DNA of 64,000 bases from Cyanophyceae cyanobacterium (GTDB lineage: Bacteria; Cyanobacteriota; Cyanobacteriia; Cyanobacteriales; JBHJGN01): assembly GCA_050331735.1 (NCBI GenBank), contig JBHJGN010000019.1, forward strand, positions 80,169 to 144,168, given 5' to 3'. The notes beneath the pieces are model-generated. The model was not told where the DNA came from, ran no database searches, and saw only the letters and a list, made by a program, of their open reading frames with translations. Every line of letters begins with the position of its first letter. Position 1 is the stretch's first letter. Both the position numbers and the translations under genes were made by a program. Below, piece after piece: positions 19,681-28,469 of the stretch.

Positions 19681-20142
19681 ATGGATACCGCCAAGCTATA
19701 TGAAACTGATTTTTATCAGTGGACGCAGGAAACCTCGCGAGCCATTCAAGAACGAGATATCGAACACCTAGATTGGGAAAATTTAGCGGAGGAGATAGAA
19801 GCATTGGGTAGAGCAGAAAAAAGAGCCGTTAACAGCTTTACTACCCAATTACTCATTCACTTACTCTATCTTCAATTTTGGACGTGGCGGAGAGACTATT
19901 ACATCAAGGGGTGGGAGAGCGACATTGATACGTTTCGTCTTCAGCTCATAGACCTTCTAGAGTCGAAAGTACTTTATAACTACTTTACTACTGAACTGAA
20001 CGCCAACTACAGAAAAGCGATCCGATTAGCTGCCGGAAAGTATCAAAAAGAACGGTTAGTTGGGCCAAATTTTCCAGAACAATGTCCGTACACGGTAGAA
20101 CAACTGCTAGCTCTAGAGTACTTTCCACGCCTCGAGAATTGA
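19681..20142 (+). CDS. DUF29 domain protein (second paralog)
   Basis: ORF of 153 aa with LYETDFYQWTQETSRAIQERDIEHLDWENLAEEIEALGRAEKRAV. Confidence 0.85.
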   Translation: MDTAKLYETDFYQWTQETSRAIQERDIEHLDWENLAEEIEALGRAEKRAVNSFTTQLLIHLLYLQFWTWRRDYYIKGWESDIDTFRLQLIDLLESKVLYNYFTTELNANYRKAIRLAAGKYQKERLVGPNFPEQCPYTVEQLLALEYFPRLEN

Positions 20143-20174
20143 GGGGCGATCGCTTGTTTAAGTGCGATCGCCCC
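20143..20174. terminator. Hairpin built from two HIP1 sites between convergent genes
   Basis: GGGGCGATCGC ttgtttaagt GCGATCGCCCC forms a perfect 11-bp stem. It lies between the DUF29 stop (20142) and the VWA stop (20194). Confidence 0.55.
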
Positions 20175-20193
20175 CTTGCTAACAGGAGAAAAT

Positions 20194-20787
20194 CTAATCG
20201 TTAATAAACTTGAGCAGCGCTTGCTCAAGTTCTTCTGGGGAACCGATACTAGTAGCAGGCGTAGTATCAACAATGTCAAACTGTGCTCCTAGCCCTTGCA
20301 GTTCGTCATCGAGGAACTGAAGAAAAGACGTAGCGTTCGGATCGTCGCCAATCTGGAAAAAGCCGATCGCTAGATCCTCATCCTTTTTAATCTTGCGGCT
20401 AGCTTCAATAATCACTTCTGCCACCGCTTTTTTGTTGTCAGGCTGACCATCGGTAATGACAATCACTGTTCGAGGAACTTCTGGCATAAAATTAGCCAGA
20501 GCTGTCTTAATCGCTCCATCCATATTCGTCGTTCCCCACGCCTTGATGTTAGTCACCACTTCACTAACGTTGGCGGGGGTAACGTTGCCGTGATCTGTAA
20601 CCTTAGAGCCAAACGTAATCAGGTTAATGCCATCGGGATCGAGCTGACTAACGGCATCAGCGATCGCAATCGTAATTTCCTTGACGCGATCGAGTCGAGA
20701 CACGCCCACGTTGTCCTCGTTCGTCATGGAGGTGCTGACATCAAGTAGCAAATAGTAATCGCGGGTAAGAGAGTCAGTGTTTACCAT
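20194..20787 (-). CDS. von Willebrand factor A (VWA) domain protein, TerY-like
   Basis: The ORF is 20194-20826 and I prefer the ATG at 20787. The MIDAS-type start is YYLLLDVSTSM and the conserved end is VIVITDGQPD. Confidence 0.8.
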   Translation of the reverse strand: MVNTDSLTRDYYLLLDVSTSMTNEDNVGVSRLDRVKEITIAIADAVSQLDPDGINLITFGSKVTDHGNVTPANVSEVVTNIKAWGTTNMDGAIKTALANFMPEVPRTVIVITDGQPDNKKAVAEVIIEASRKIKKDEDLAIGFFQIGDDPNATSFLQFLDDELQGLGAQFDIVDTTPATSIGSPEELEQALLKFIND

Positions 20788-20941
20788 AGTTGTCCTTGTA
20801 TGAAACGCTGCAATCAAGTAGGTCAAGCCCCCTTGATCGACCTGCCACTCAGTCTAGCCTTGGCTCAAACAGAACCGCAATGACCACAATCTGTCAAATC
20901 AGTAGACCAAGACTGGCGCTGGATAGGTGACGATTGAGGTC

Positions 20942-21017
20942 GTTGATGGTTAATTGTTGATAGTTGGTAGGAACAATCAGCCATTAACCACTCACAATCA
21001 ACGTAATTAATAATCAA
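20942..21017. repeat. STRR-like heptamer tract forming an imperfect inverted repeat
   Basis: Units gttgatg gttaatt gttgata gttggta are followed by ccattaac cactcac aatcaac gtaatta ataatcaac, immediately upstream of the 21023 start. Confidence 0.5.
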
Positions 21018-21022
21018 CAAGC

Positions 21023-22039
21023 ATGAAATACAAACTACTCGGCAACAGCGGCCTGAGAGTATCAGAACTTTGCTTAGGAACCCGCACCTTTGGTAATCGC
21101 AGTTCTTTGGGCGCAGAAGATGCAGAAAGCCGCCAGATTTTTGAGGCGTTCATGGAAGCTGGCGGCAACTTTATCGATACCGCCAATGCCTATGGCGAAG
21201 GGAACAGCGAAAAGCTGGTCGGAGAATTTGTGCGGGCAGAACGTGATCGCTTCGTCATCGCTACCAAGTATTCGTTTGCTCTGCGACAAGGCGATCCTAA
21301 CGCCGGAGGAAATCACCGCAAGAGTTTGCGATCTGCTGTCGAGGGCAGCCTTGAGCGCATCAATACCGACTATATTGATCTACTGTGGCTCCATGCCTGG
21401 GACTCACTGACTCCCATTGAAGAAGTGATGCGCTCTTTAGATGACATGGTGCGTTCAGGAAAAGTACTGTACCTCGGCATTTCCGATTCCCCTGCTTGGA
21501 TAGCAGCCCAAGCTAATACCCTTGCCCGCTGTTACGGCTGGACCCCGTTTGTCGCGCTTCAGGGAGAGTATAGCTTGGTCGAGCGATCGCTGGAGCGAGA
21601 GCTGCTGCCAATGGCGCGAGCTTTCGATTTGGCCGTTTTAACCTGGAGTCCTTTGGGGAGTGGTGTTCTCACAGGAAAATATAACAGCGACAGCCCAGAT
21701 TCCGGACGCTACTCGGAAAGTTCTGAGATTCCTCCTCGTCAGCTAGAAATTGCCTCAGTGGTGGTAAAAATTGCTGAAGAACTAGGGAAAGCTCCCTCCC
21801 AGGTGGCGCTGGCGTGGCTTCGGGCTCAGCCGGGCGTAATTATTCCCCTCATCGGGGCGCGTAAAGCCTACCAGGTGCAAGAAAACTTAGGCTGTGTCGA
21901 TGTGGCTCTCAGCCATGACCATCTCCAGCGACTCGAACAGGTGAGCCAGATTGAACTGGGCTTTCCCCACGATTTTCTTGCTTTAAACGGCATTAAAAAG
22001 CTACTGACGGGCGATACTTTTGATAACTTGATTGTTTAG
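21023..22039 (+). CDS. Aldo/keto reductase
   Basis: ORF of 338 aa with AKR-family pattern MKYKLLGNSGLRVSELCLGT...FIDTANAYGEGNSE...YLGISDSPAW. Confidence 0.9.
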   Translation: MKYKLLGNSGLRVSELCLGTRTFGNRSSLGAEDAESRQIFEAFMEAGGNFIDTANAYGEGNSEKLVGEFVRAERDRFVIATKYSFALRQGDPNAGGNHRKSLRSAVEGSLERINTDYIDLLWLHAWDSLTPIEEVMRSLDDMVRSGKVLYLGISDSPAWIAAQANTLARCYGWTPFVALQGEYSLVERSLERELLPMARAFDLAVLTWSPLGSGVLTGKYNSDSPDSGRYSESSEIPPRQLEIASVVVKIAEELGKAPSQVALAWLRAQPGVIIPLIGARKAYQVQENLGCVDVALSHDHLQRLEQVSQIELGFPHDFLALNGIKKLLTGDTFDNLIV

Positions 22040-22317
22040 GGAGGCTAGATTGTACTTCGTCAATCAGGTCTGCTGAGTCGCTCAATCGGTAAGCTGAATC
22101 CCTGACGTGCCGTGCTGAAAACTCCTCACCAAACATAGATTCTCTCTCAAAAAACTCGTTTGGCCGAGTTTGTCTGGTTAGCGGCGGTTTTAAACCGCTG
22201 CTATTCTGAGCTTATTATTCTCTTAACTTCCCAGTATTAATCTAAGCCTTGAATGGGCCTTCTATTCGGACAAAAAATAGAAAGCTGATTTGATGACCCT
22301 TGAGCAAAGAGAATCCT

Positions 22318-24855
22318 ATGAGCGCTACAGATACAGCGTGGCAAACGGCACCTTTAGAAGTAGAAGATGATCGCACCGGAGTCAGCATCATCACCCTGAG
22401 AAGAGCGTTGGCAGATAACCTTTTCTACCTTCAGGGAAAATTTCCAGCGATCGCCACTCTCAATGATTACTACTTAGCCCTCGCCTACACGGTGCGTGAT
22501 CGCCTCCTCCACCGCTGGATTAACACCTCGCGGACCTACCTCAACAAGAACGTAAGAGTGGTGTGCTACTTATCCGCCGAATATTTGGTGGGACCGCATT
22601 TAGTCAGAAACCTGATCAATTTAGATATCTACGATCGAGTGCGCCAAGCGGTTGAAGCCGCCGGACTCGATTTCCCGACTCTGGCTGAAATTGAAGAAGA
22701 ACCGGGTTTGGGGAACGGCGGATTGGGTCGCCTCGCCGCCTGCTACCTAGAATCTTTATCCACTCTAGAAATTCCGGCGATTGGGTACGGCATCCGGTAT
22801 GAATTTGGCATTTTCGATCAAGAAATTCGCGACGGCTGGCAGGTTGAAATTACTGATAAATGGCTTCAATTCGGCAATCCCTGGGAAATTCCTCGCCCAG
22901 AGTATAGCGTTGGGGTCAAATTTGGCGGTTATACCGAACCGTATACCGACGCACAGGGCAACTACCGGGTGCGCTGGATTCCCCATACCCTTGCTAAGGG
23001 AATTCCTTACGATACACCGATTCCGGGATACAAGGTCAATACCGCGAATACTCTTCGTCTTTGGAAAGCTGAAGCCCCTGAATCTTTTGATCTTCAGGCA
23101 TTTAACGTCGGAGATTACTACGGGGCGGTAAACGAGAAGGTGGTATCGGAAAACCTCACCAAAGTGCTGTATCCTAACGACGAACTGCTCCAGGGAAAAG
23201 AACTGCGTTTAGGACAACAGTACTTCTTTGTTTCCTGTGCTCTCCAAGATGCCATTCGCATTCACACCCTGGACGGAGATGGCTTGAACAATTTTCACGA
23301 AAAATTTACCTTTCAGCTCAACGATACCCATCCCTCGGTGAGCGTGTCTGAACTGATGCGGCTGTTAGTAGACGAGCATCACCTAGACTGGGAGCAGGCG
23401 TGGCACATCACTCAGAATACCTTTGCCTTCACCAACCATACTCTCTTGCCCGAGGCTTTAGAAAAGTGGTCCCTGAAACTGTTTGGGAATCTCCTCCCGA
23501 GGCACTTAGAAATCATTTATGAAATCAACCATCGCTTTCTCAATCGGGTCCGCACGAAATATCACGGAGACCCGGAGAAGGTGTCGCGGCTGTCGCTGAT
23601 CGATGAAGATGGAGAAAGATACCTGCGGATGGCCCATCTTGCCTGTGTGGGCAGCTATGCTATCAACGGAGTTTCTCAACTGCACACAGACCTCCTCAAA
23701 CAAGATGTGCTCAAGGATTTCTACGAACTGACCCCGAAGAAATTCAGCAATAAAACCAACGGCGTGACACCGCGCCGCTGGATGGTGATGAGCAATCCCA
23801 AACTCGCCAACCTGATTACCCAGAAGATCGGCGATCGCTGGATTAAACATCTGCAAGACCTGAAACATCTAGAAGATTTCGTTGATGATGGCGCGTTTCG
23901 CCAGGAATGGCAGCAAGTGAAACGGTCCGTCAAGGACGACCTCAGTGACTATGTTCGGCAGCGTGTTGGTCTTCAGGTCAACCCAGACTCGCTGTTCGAT
24001 ATTCAGGTGAAGCGCATCCACGAGTATAAGCGCCAGCACCTCAACGTTCTCTATATTGTTACTCTCTACAATCGCCTCAAGCGCAACCAGAACCTGGAAA
24101 TTGCTCCTCGCACCTTTCTGTTTGGGGGCAAGGCGGCTCCCGGCTACTATAGGGCCAAACTGATTATCAAGCTGATTAACTCCGTGGCGGATGTTGTCAA
24201 TAGCGACCCGGACGTTAGCGATCGCCTCAAAGTCGTCTTTCTTCCAGACTACAACGTTAAGCTAGGTCAGCGAGTGTATCCGGCTGCCGATCTTTCTGAG
24301 CAAGTTTCGATGGCTGGCAAAGAAGCCTCGGGTACTGGCAACATGAAATTTGCCCTCAATGGGGCGTTGACTATCGGCACTTTAGATGGAGCCAACGTCG
24401 AGATCCGAGAAGCCGTCGGGGCAGAAAACTTTTTCCTGTTTGGCTTAACGGCTCAAGAAGTCACTCAGCGCAAAGCGCAAGGCTATACTCCCCGAGATTA
24501 CTATCACGCCAATGCTGAACTGCGAGAAACGCTCGACCTGATTCGGTCTGGGTTTTTCTCCGGCGGCGATGCAGACTTATTCAAACCGCTGGTGGATTCC
24601 CTCCTCGACCGCGACGAATATATGCTGCTGGCCGACTATCAATCTTACCTAGACAGTCAAGAACGGGTTAATCAAGCTTATCGCGACCACGAAAACTGGA
24701 CGCGGATGTCCATTTTGACAGTAGCGCGGATGGGCGGTTTTTCCGCTGACCGCGCTATTCGAGAATACTGCCAAGATATTTGGAAGGTTGATTCTGTGCC
24801 GATTGAGCTGGAGGAGTATGTCCAGAAGGATGCTGGCTTAAAGGTAGACCAATAG
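22318..24855 (+). CDS. glgP: Glycogen phosphorylase
   Basis: The ORF is 22300-24855 and I prefer the ATG at 22318. Hallmarks are EEPGLGNGGLGRLAAC and the PLP-lysine region EASGTGNMKFALNGALTIGTLDGANVE. Confidence 0.92.
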   Translation: MSATDTAWQTAPLEVEDDRTGVSIITLRRALADNLFYLQGKFPAIATLNDYYLALAYTVRDRLLHRWINTSRTYLNKNVRVVCYLSAEYLVGPHLVRNLINLDIYDRVRQAVEAAGLDFPTLAEIEEEPGLGNGGLGRLAACYLESLSTLEIPAIGYGIRYEFGIFDQEIRDGWQVEITDKWLQFGNPWEIPRPEYSVGVKFGGYTEPYTDAQGNYRVRWIPHTLAKGIPYDTPIPGYKVNTANTLRLWKAEAPESFDLQAFNVGDYYGAVNEKVVSENLTKVLYPNDELLQGKELRLGQQYFFVSCALQDAIRIHTLDGDGLNNFHEKFTFQLNDTHPSVSVSELMRLLVDEHHLDWEQAWHITQNTFAFTNHTLLPEALEKWSLKLFGNLLPRHLEIIYEINHRFLNRVRTKYHGDPEKVSRLSLIDEDGERYLRMAHLACVGSYAINGVSQLHTDLLKQDVLKDFYELTPKKFSNKTNGVTPRRWMVMSNPKLANLITQKIGDRWIKHLQDLKHLEDFVDDGAFRQEWQQVKRSVKDDLSDYVRQRVGLQVNPDSLFDIQVKRIHEYKRQHLNVLYIVTLYNRLKRNQNLEIAPRTFLFGGKAAPGYYRAKLIIKLINSVADVVNSDPDVSDRLKVVFLPDYNVKLGQRVYPAADLSEQVSMAGKEASGTGNMKFALNGALTIGTLDGANVEIREAVGAENFFLFGLTAQEVTQRKAQGYTPRDYYHANAELRETLDLIRSGFFSGGDADLFKPLVDSLLDRDEYMLLADYQSYLDSQERVNQAYRDHENWTRMSILTVARMGGFSADRAIREYCQDIWKVDSVPIELEEYVQKDAGLKVDQ

Positions 24856-24946
24856 TCCGGAGGACGACAGATTTACCAATAGTCGATATCTCTCTATTCT
24901 CCTTGCTAGGCTAGAAGAAACGCATTGATAGATTTTGAGGAGAACC

Positions 24947-25174
24947 ATGCCACATACCATCGTTACCGAAACCTGCGAAGGAGTCGCAGATTGTGTTGAT
25001 GCTTGCCCAGTTGCCTGTATTCATCCTGGCCCGGGTAAAAATATAAAGGGAATGGACTGGTACTGGATTGATTTTGCCACCTGCATAGATTGCGGCATTT
25101 GTCTACAGGTTTGCCCGGTTGAAGGCGCAATTGTTGCTGAAGAACGTCCTGAACTGCAAAAAACACCACAATAG
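24947..25174 (+). CDS. 4Fe-4S dicluster-type ferredoxin
   Basis: 75 aa from the ATG at 24947. Cys clusters are CEGVADCVDACP and CIDCGICLQVCP. Confidence 0.85.
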   Translation: MPHTIVTETCEGVADCVDACPVACIHPGPGKNIKGMDWYWIDFATCIDCGICLQVCPVEGAIVAEERPELQKTPQ

Positions 25175-25179
25175 TCTAA

Positions 25180-25477
25180 GCGCCTGCGGCGCGGGAGAAG
25201 GGAAAATAGTTCCTCCGGAACGGGGAAAGGGAAAAGGGGAAGGGGGAAAGGAAATCATTGATCAGTTTCGTCCTTTATTGATCTTCTTGTCCTCGTTACC
25301 AAAAAAAGACGGGCATTTTGCCCGCTTCGATTGCTGATTCTAGCCAAAGAAGTCCCCCCTTTCCCCTTTTCCCGTCTCGAAGAGACAAATTCCCCTTTCC
25401 CCTTTTCCCGTCTCGAAGAGACAAATTCCCCTTTCCCCGTCCCGGAGGGACAAGTCATTCCCCCGTCGCTGAGCGAC
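25180..25477. repeat. Largest copy of the modular hairpin/GGGGAAAGG repeat family (G-rich left arm, C-rich right arm, two perfect 36-nt tandem units)
   Basis: Left arm: GCGCC-tgc-GGCGC (25180-25192), GTTCC-tcc-GGAAC (25209-25221), then the G tract at 25222-25251. Right arm: cccctttccccttttccc GTCTC-gaa-GAGAC aaatt occurs twice, identically (25356-25391 and 25392-25427). It is followed by GTCCC-gga-GGGAC (25439-25451) and GTCGC-tga-GCGAC (25465-25477). Confidence 0.85.
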
Positions 25478-25536
25478 TTTTATCGGTAGAATTGCTATGA
25501 TTTTGATCTTATTAGTTAATCCCTTATTTGCTGCCA

Positions 25537-26274
25537 ATGACCAATTTGCTAGAAGTTAACGATGTTTATGCAGGGTATATTCAGGATTTAAATATTCTGC
25601 AAGGGATTAATTTTAGAATCTCTTCTGGAGAGCTAGTCACGGTCATTGGTCCGAATGGGGCTGGTAAATCGACCCTTGCTAAGGCTATTTTTGGTTTACT
25701 CAAGCCAAACCAGGGCAAGATTACGTTTAAAGGGAAAGATATTACCGGATTAAAGTCCGACCAGATTGTGCGTCGGGGCATGTGCTACGTTCCCCAAATT
25801 TCTAACGTCTTTCCCACCTTATCGGTAGAAGAAAACCTAGAAATGGGGGCTTTCATCAGTAGCGATCCTCTCAAGCCCCTCAAAGGCTCAATTTTCGAGA
25901 TGTTTCCTGCTCTAGCCGACCGCCGTCGCCAACGGGCCGGCACTCTTTCTGGAGGAGAACGACAAATGTTAGCGATGGGGCGAGCGTTAATGCTCGATCC
26001 AGACCTGCTGATTTTGGACGAACCCTCGGCAGCTTTATCGCCTATGCTCGTTAACACAGTCTTTGAGCGGATTCAAACCATTAATCAAACCGGCAAAGCC
26101 ATTATCCTCGTTGAGCAAAATGCTAAAAAGGCGCTGATGATGGCGCATCGAGGCTACGTATTAGAAAATGGACGCGATCGCTTTGAAGGCCCTGGTCAAG
26201 AGTTGTTAAACGACCCCAAGGTAGGAGAGCTATATCTGGGGGCTGCCTTTGAATCCGCGACTCAGGAAGACTAA
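25537..26274 (+). CDS. ABC transporter ATP-binding protein, LivF/NatE-like (branched-chain amino acid type), orphan
   Basis: The ORF is 25528-26274 and I prefer the ATG at 25537. It has Walker A GPNGAGKST, signature LSGGERQ, Walker B LLILDEPS and a LivF-like tail DPKVGELYLG. No permease or binding-protein gene is adjacent. Confidence 0.85.
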   Translation: MTNLLEVNDVYAGYIQDLNILQGINFRISSGELVTVIGPNGAGKSTLAKAIFGLLKPNQGKITFKGKDITGLKSDQIVRRGMCYVPQISNVFPTLSVEENLEMGAFISSDPLKPLKGSIFEMFPALADRRRQRAGTLSGGERQMLAMGRALMLDPDLLILDEPSAALSPMLVNTVFERIQTINQTGKAIILVEQNAKKALMMAHRGYVLENGRDRFEGPGQELLNDPKVGELYLGAAFESATQED

Positions 26275-26292
26275 CCGAGAGGCAAAGGGTAA

Positions 26293-26337
26293 GTCGCTCC
26301 GCGACGGGGAAAGGGAAAGGGGAAAAGGAGAAAGGGG
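26293..26337. repeat. Single module of the repeat family
   Basis: GTCGC-tcc-GCGAC (26293-26305) is followed directly by ggggaaagggaaaggggaaaaggagaaagggga. Confidence 0.7.
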
Positions 26338-26615
26338 ATTTAATTGCTTCGTGTTTACGCTCAGGCTATGCACATTACTCAAACAAACAGAGGCTAATAT
26401 TAAAACCACATCCCTAGCTAGCTTGTGAATTTTAAATAGGTATTAATATTAAATCTGTCTAAATAGCCATAATTAGGACATCAGGTTCAACTAAAAGTTA
26501 GTAATTAGTCGCGATTCAGTCAAGACATCCCACTAACCACTAACTCAACGTTCCCTCTCAAATAACAACTCATCAAGCGGTAATATAATTCCTCAACTCT
26601 TTATCTGTCAGGACA

Positions 26616-26978
26616 ATGAAAATTACTCAATGTCTTCATACAGCGCTTCTTGTTTCTGATTTAGACAAAGCCGAGCAGTTTTATAGCCAGACTTTGGGGC
26701 TCCCTAAAGTAGATCGCTCCCTCAATTATCCCGGCGCTTGGTATCAGATTGGGGAGCATCAGCTTCATCTGATGGTTCATCCCAATTTCAAAACAGAGCC
26801 ACACAATCAAGAAAAGAGGGGGCGTAATCCTCACGTGGCCTTTGCCGTCGATAATTTAGATGAAGCCAAACAGCGTCTCCTCTCTGGAGGATACGGTCTT
26901 CAGATGAGTTCCTCCGGTCGCGCGGCTTTGTTTACTCAAGACCCGGACGGCAATATTATCGAAATTAGCCAGATATAA
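26616..26978 (+). CDS. VOC (glyoxalase/bleomycin-resistance/dioxygenase) family protein
   Basis: ORF of 120 aa with LHTALLVSDLDKAEQFYSQTLGL...HVAFAV...DPDGNIIEI. Confidence 0.8.
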   Translation: MKITQCLHTALLVSDLDKAEQFYSQTLGLPKVDRSLNYPGAWYQIGEHQLHLMVHPNFKTEPHNQEKRGRNPHVAFAVDNLDEAKQRLLSGGYGLQMSSSGRAALFTQDPDGNIIEISQI

Positions 26979-27161
26979 GTGGCTGGGTAGAATTGATTCT
27001 AGATGGAATAGTGGCCAAGAGCTATTAGCTTTCCCCGCTTGTCTCCGTTTTCAAACGACTCCTTAAAACCTCGGAATTCGCACTCTAGGAAAAGGTTAAA
27101 CAGCAGGGAACTATCCTCAAAATTTCTCCTTTTCCCCACGCCTACAGCATTCCCCGTTTCT

Positions 27162-28469
27162 ATGATTTATGCTTATTTGTACAGCGAGCCACTGTTAGAC
27201 TCTCTGCCTGATTTGGCAGATTGGATGTCAGCAGCGAACAAGGTGTATCATGATTTGGGTGAGCGAGAACAGTGGGGGCAGCTTTTAGCAGATTGTCAAA
27301 TCGATCCTCCAGCTCGCTTGCTGCTCCGCAGTCTAGACGAACTCGGAGATACTCCAGCAGAGGTCAGCGATCGCCTCGCCCAGATTGAAGCGCTTGGCAT
27401 CGACGTGCTGGCTACTGAGCAACCCTACCGTTCTGCTCAACTCAATGCCGCTAGCCCCACCGAGATGAGAGCGCAGTTGGCTAGCTTGCTTCAGGAAGTC
27501 CAGCAGCATCAACAGCGTCGTCTGCTGCGCCAAGGTCACGCCCGCAACCGCCTCAACTTTCTGCCGCCGCCGGGGAAAGCGCCCTACGGCTATCGTCGCG
27601 GCAAAGACCGCTACGTTATTGACCGCAGTACCGCTCCGGTGGTCAAAGATTTTTTTGAGCATTTTCTGCTCTACGGCTCTTTACGAGGAGCGGTTCGCTA
27701 TCTAGAGAAACGCTACGGCAAGAAAATTGCGGTTTCGACAGGTCGCCGCTGGTTAACCAACCCAGTTTATCGAGGGAATTTGGTGTACCGCAACGGAGAC
27801 GTGATTGCCGATACCCACGCTCCCATTCTCCCTAAAGACGAAGCAGCGCAAGTGGATCGCCTGCTGCGACGCAACAGCCGTCTCCCGACGCGAACCGCCA
27901 GCGCTCCTCGTTCGCTGGCCGGATTGGTGGTTTGCCAGAAGTGTCAGACGAGGATGAAGATTACTCGCGTCACAGCTAGAGGTAAACCGAAAGAGTATCT
28001 GTATCTGCGCCCGATTCACTGCCCGCGACAGCGCCGGTGTCAGGCGATTCCCTACTCAGAAGTGCTGCAACAGACTATTAAGAAGATTTGCCAAGAGCTA
28101 CCGCGCTCCGTTGCCCGGTTAGATATCGGCAAAGTAGGGAAAGCCAAGGAGCAAATCCTGGCTCAGATCGAGCAAAAACGAGCCGCAAGCGAGCAGCTAT
28201 CAGAATTAATTGCGCAGGGGATTCTCGACCCTGAAACCGCCACCCTCCGCCGCTATAAGCTCCGGACAGAAATGGCTCAGCTTCAGTCCCAGAGTGCCCA
28301 ACTGCCTCCGGAGAATTTAAGAGCGATCGCGCAAACTGTTTCTTTTCCTCAATTCTGGCTCGACCTCTCCGAGGCGGAACGACGATTCTACTTTCGGGAG
28401 TTCATTCGGCAAATCGCTATCGTCCGTACTGATACAGACTGGCATTTAGCACTGGTGTTCATTTTCTGA
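27162..28469 (+). CDS. Large serine-recombinase-like protein with degenerate catalytic N-terminal domain
   Basis: The ORF is 27039-28469 and I prefer the ATG at 27162 (MIYAYLYSEPLL). The recombinase-domain pattern is PPPGKAPYGYRRGKDRYVIDRSTAPVVKDFFEHFL...WLTNPVYRGNLVY. The zinc-ribbon-like region is LVVCQKCQTRMKI...HCPRQRRC. A C-terminal coiled coil follows. The canonical Y-x-R-V-S-x-x-x-Q and D-R-L-x-R motifs are not recognisable. Confidence 0.7.
   Translation: MIYAYLYSEPLLDSLPDLADWMSAANKVYHDLGEREQWGQLLADCQIDPPARLLLRSLDELGDTPAEVSDRLAQIEALGIDVLATEQPYRSAQLNAASPTEMRAQLASLLQEVQQHQQRRLLRQGHARNRLNFLPPPGKAPYGYRRGKDRYVIDRSTAPVVKDFFEHFLLYGSLRGAVRYLEKRYGKKIAVSTGRRWLTNPVYRGNLVYRNGDVIADTHAPILPKDEAAQVDRLLRRNSRLPTRTASAPRSLAGLVVCQKCQTRMKITRVTARGKPKEYLYLRPIHCPRQRRCQAIPYSEVLQQTIKKICQELPRSVARLDIGKVGKAKEQILAQIEQKRAASEQLSELIAQGILDPETATLRRYKLRTEMAQLQSQSAQLPPENLRAIAQTVSFPQFWLDLSEAERRFYFREFIRQIAIVRTDTDWHLALVFIF

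Noticed and set aside
25356-25477. Possible miniature CRISPR array (identical 36-nt repeats with small palindromes)
   Set aside because: The two identical units are directly adjacent with no spacers, and the following units are variants of the same module. No cas genes or leader are nearby. It is better explained as tandem modules of the dispersed repeat family.
25119-25537. Four overlapping ORFs in the track (25119-25337, 25255-25458, 25318-25500, 25340-25537) with GKGE/FPLFP-type peptides
   Set aside because: They are translations of the G-rich and C-rich repeat arms on both strands, giving low-complexity, mutually overlapping products. The same applies to 40067-40378, 41569-41760, 51363-51707, 51397-51705 and 10731-11111.
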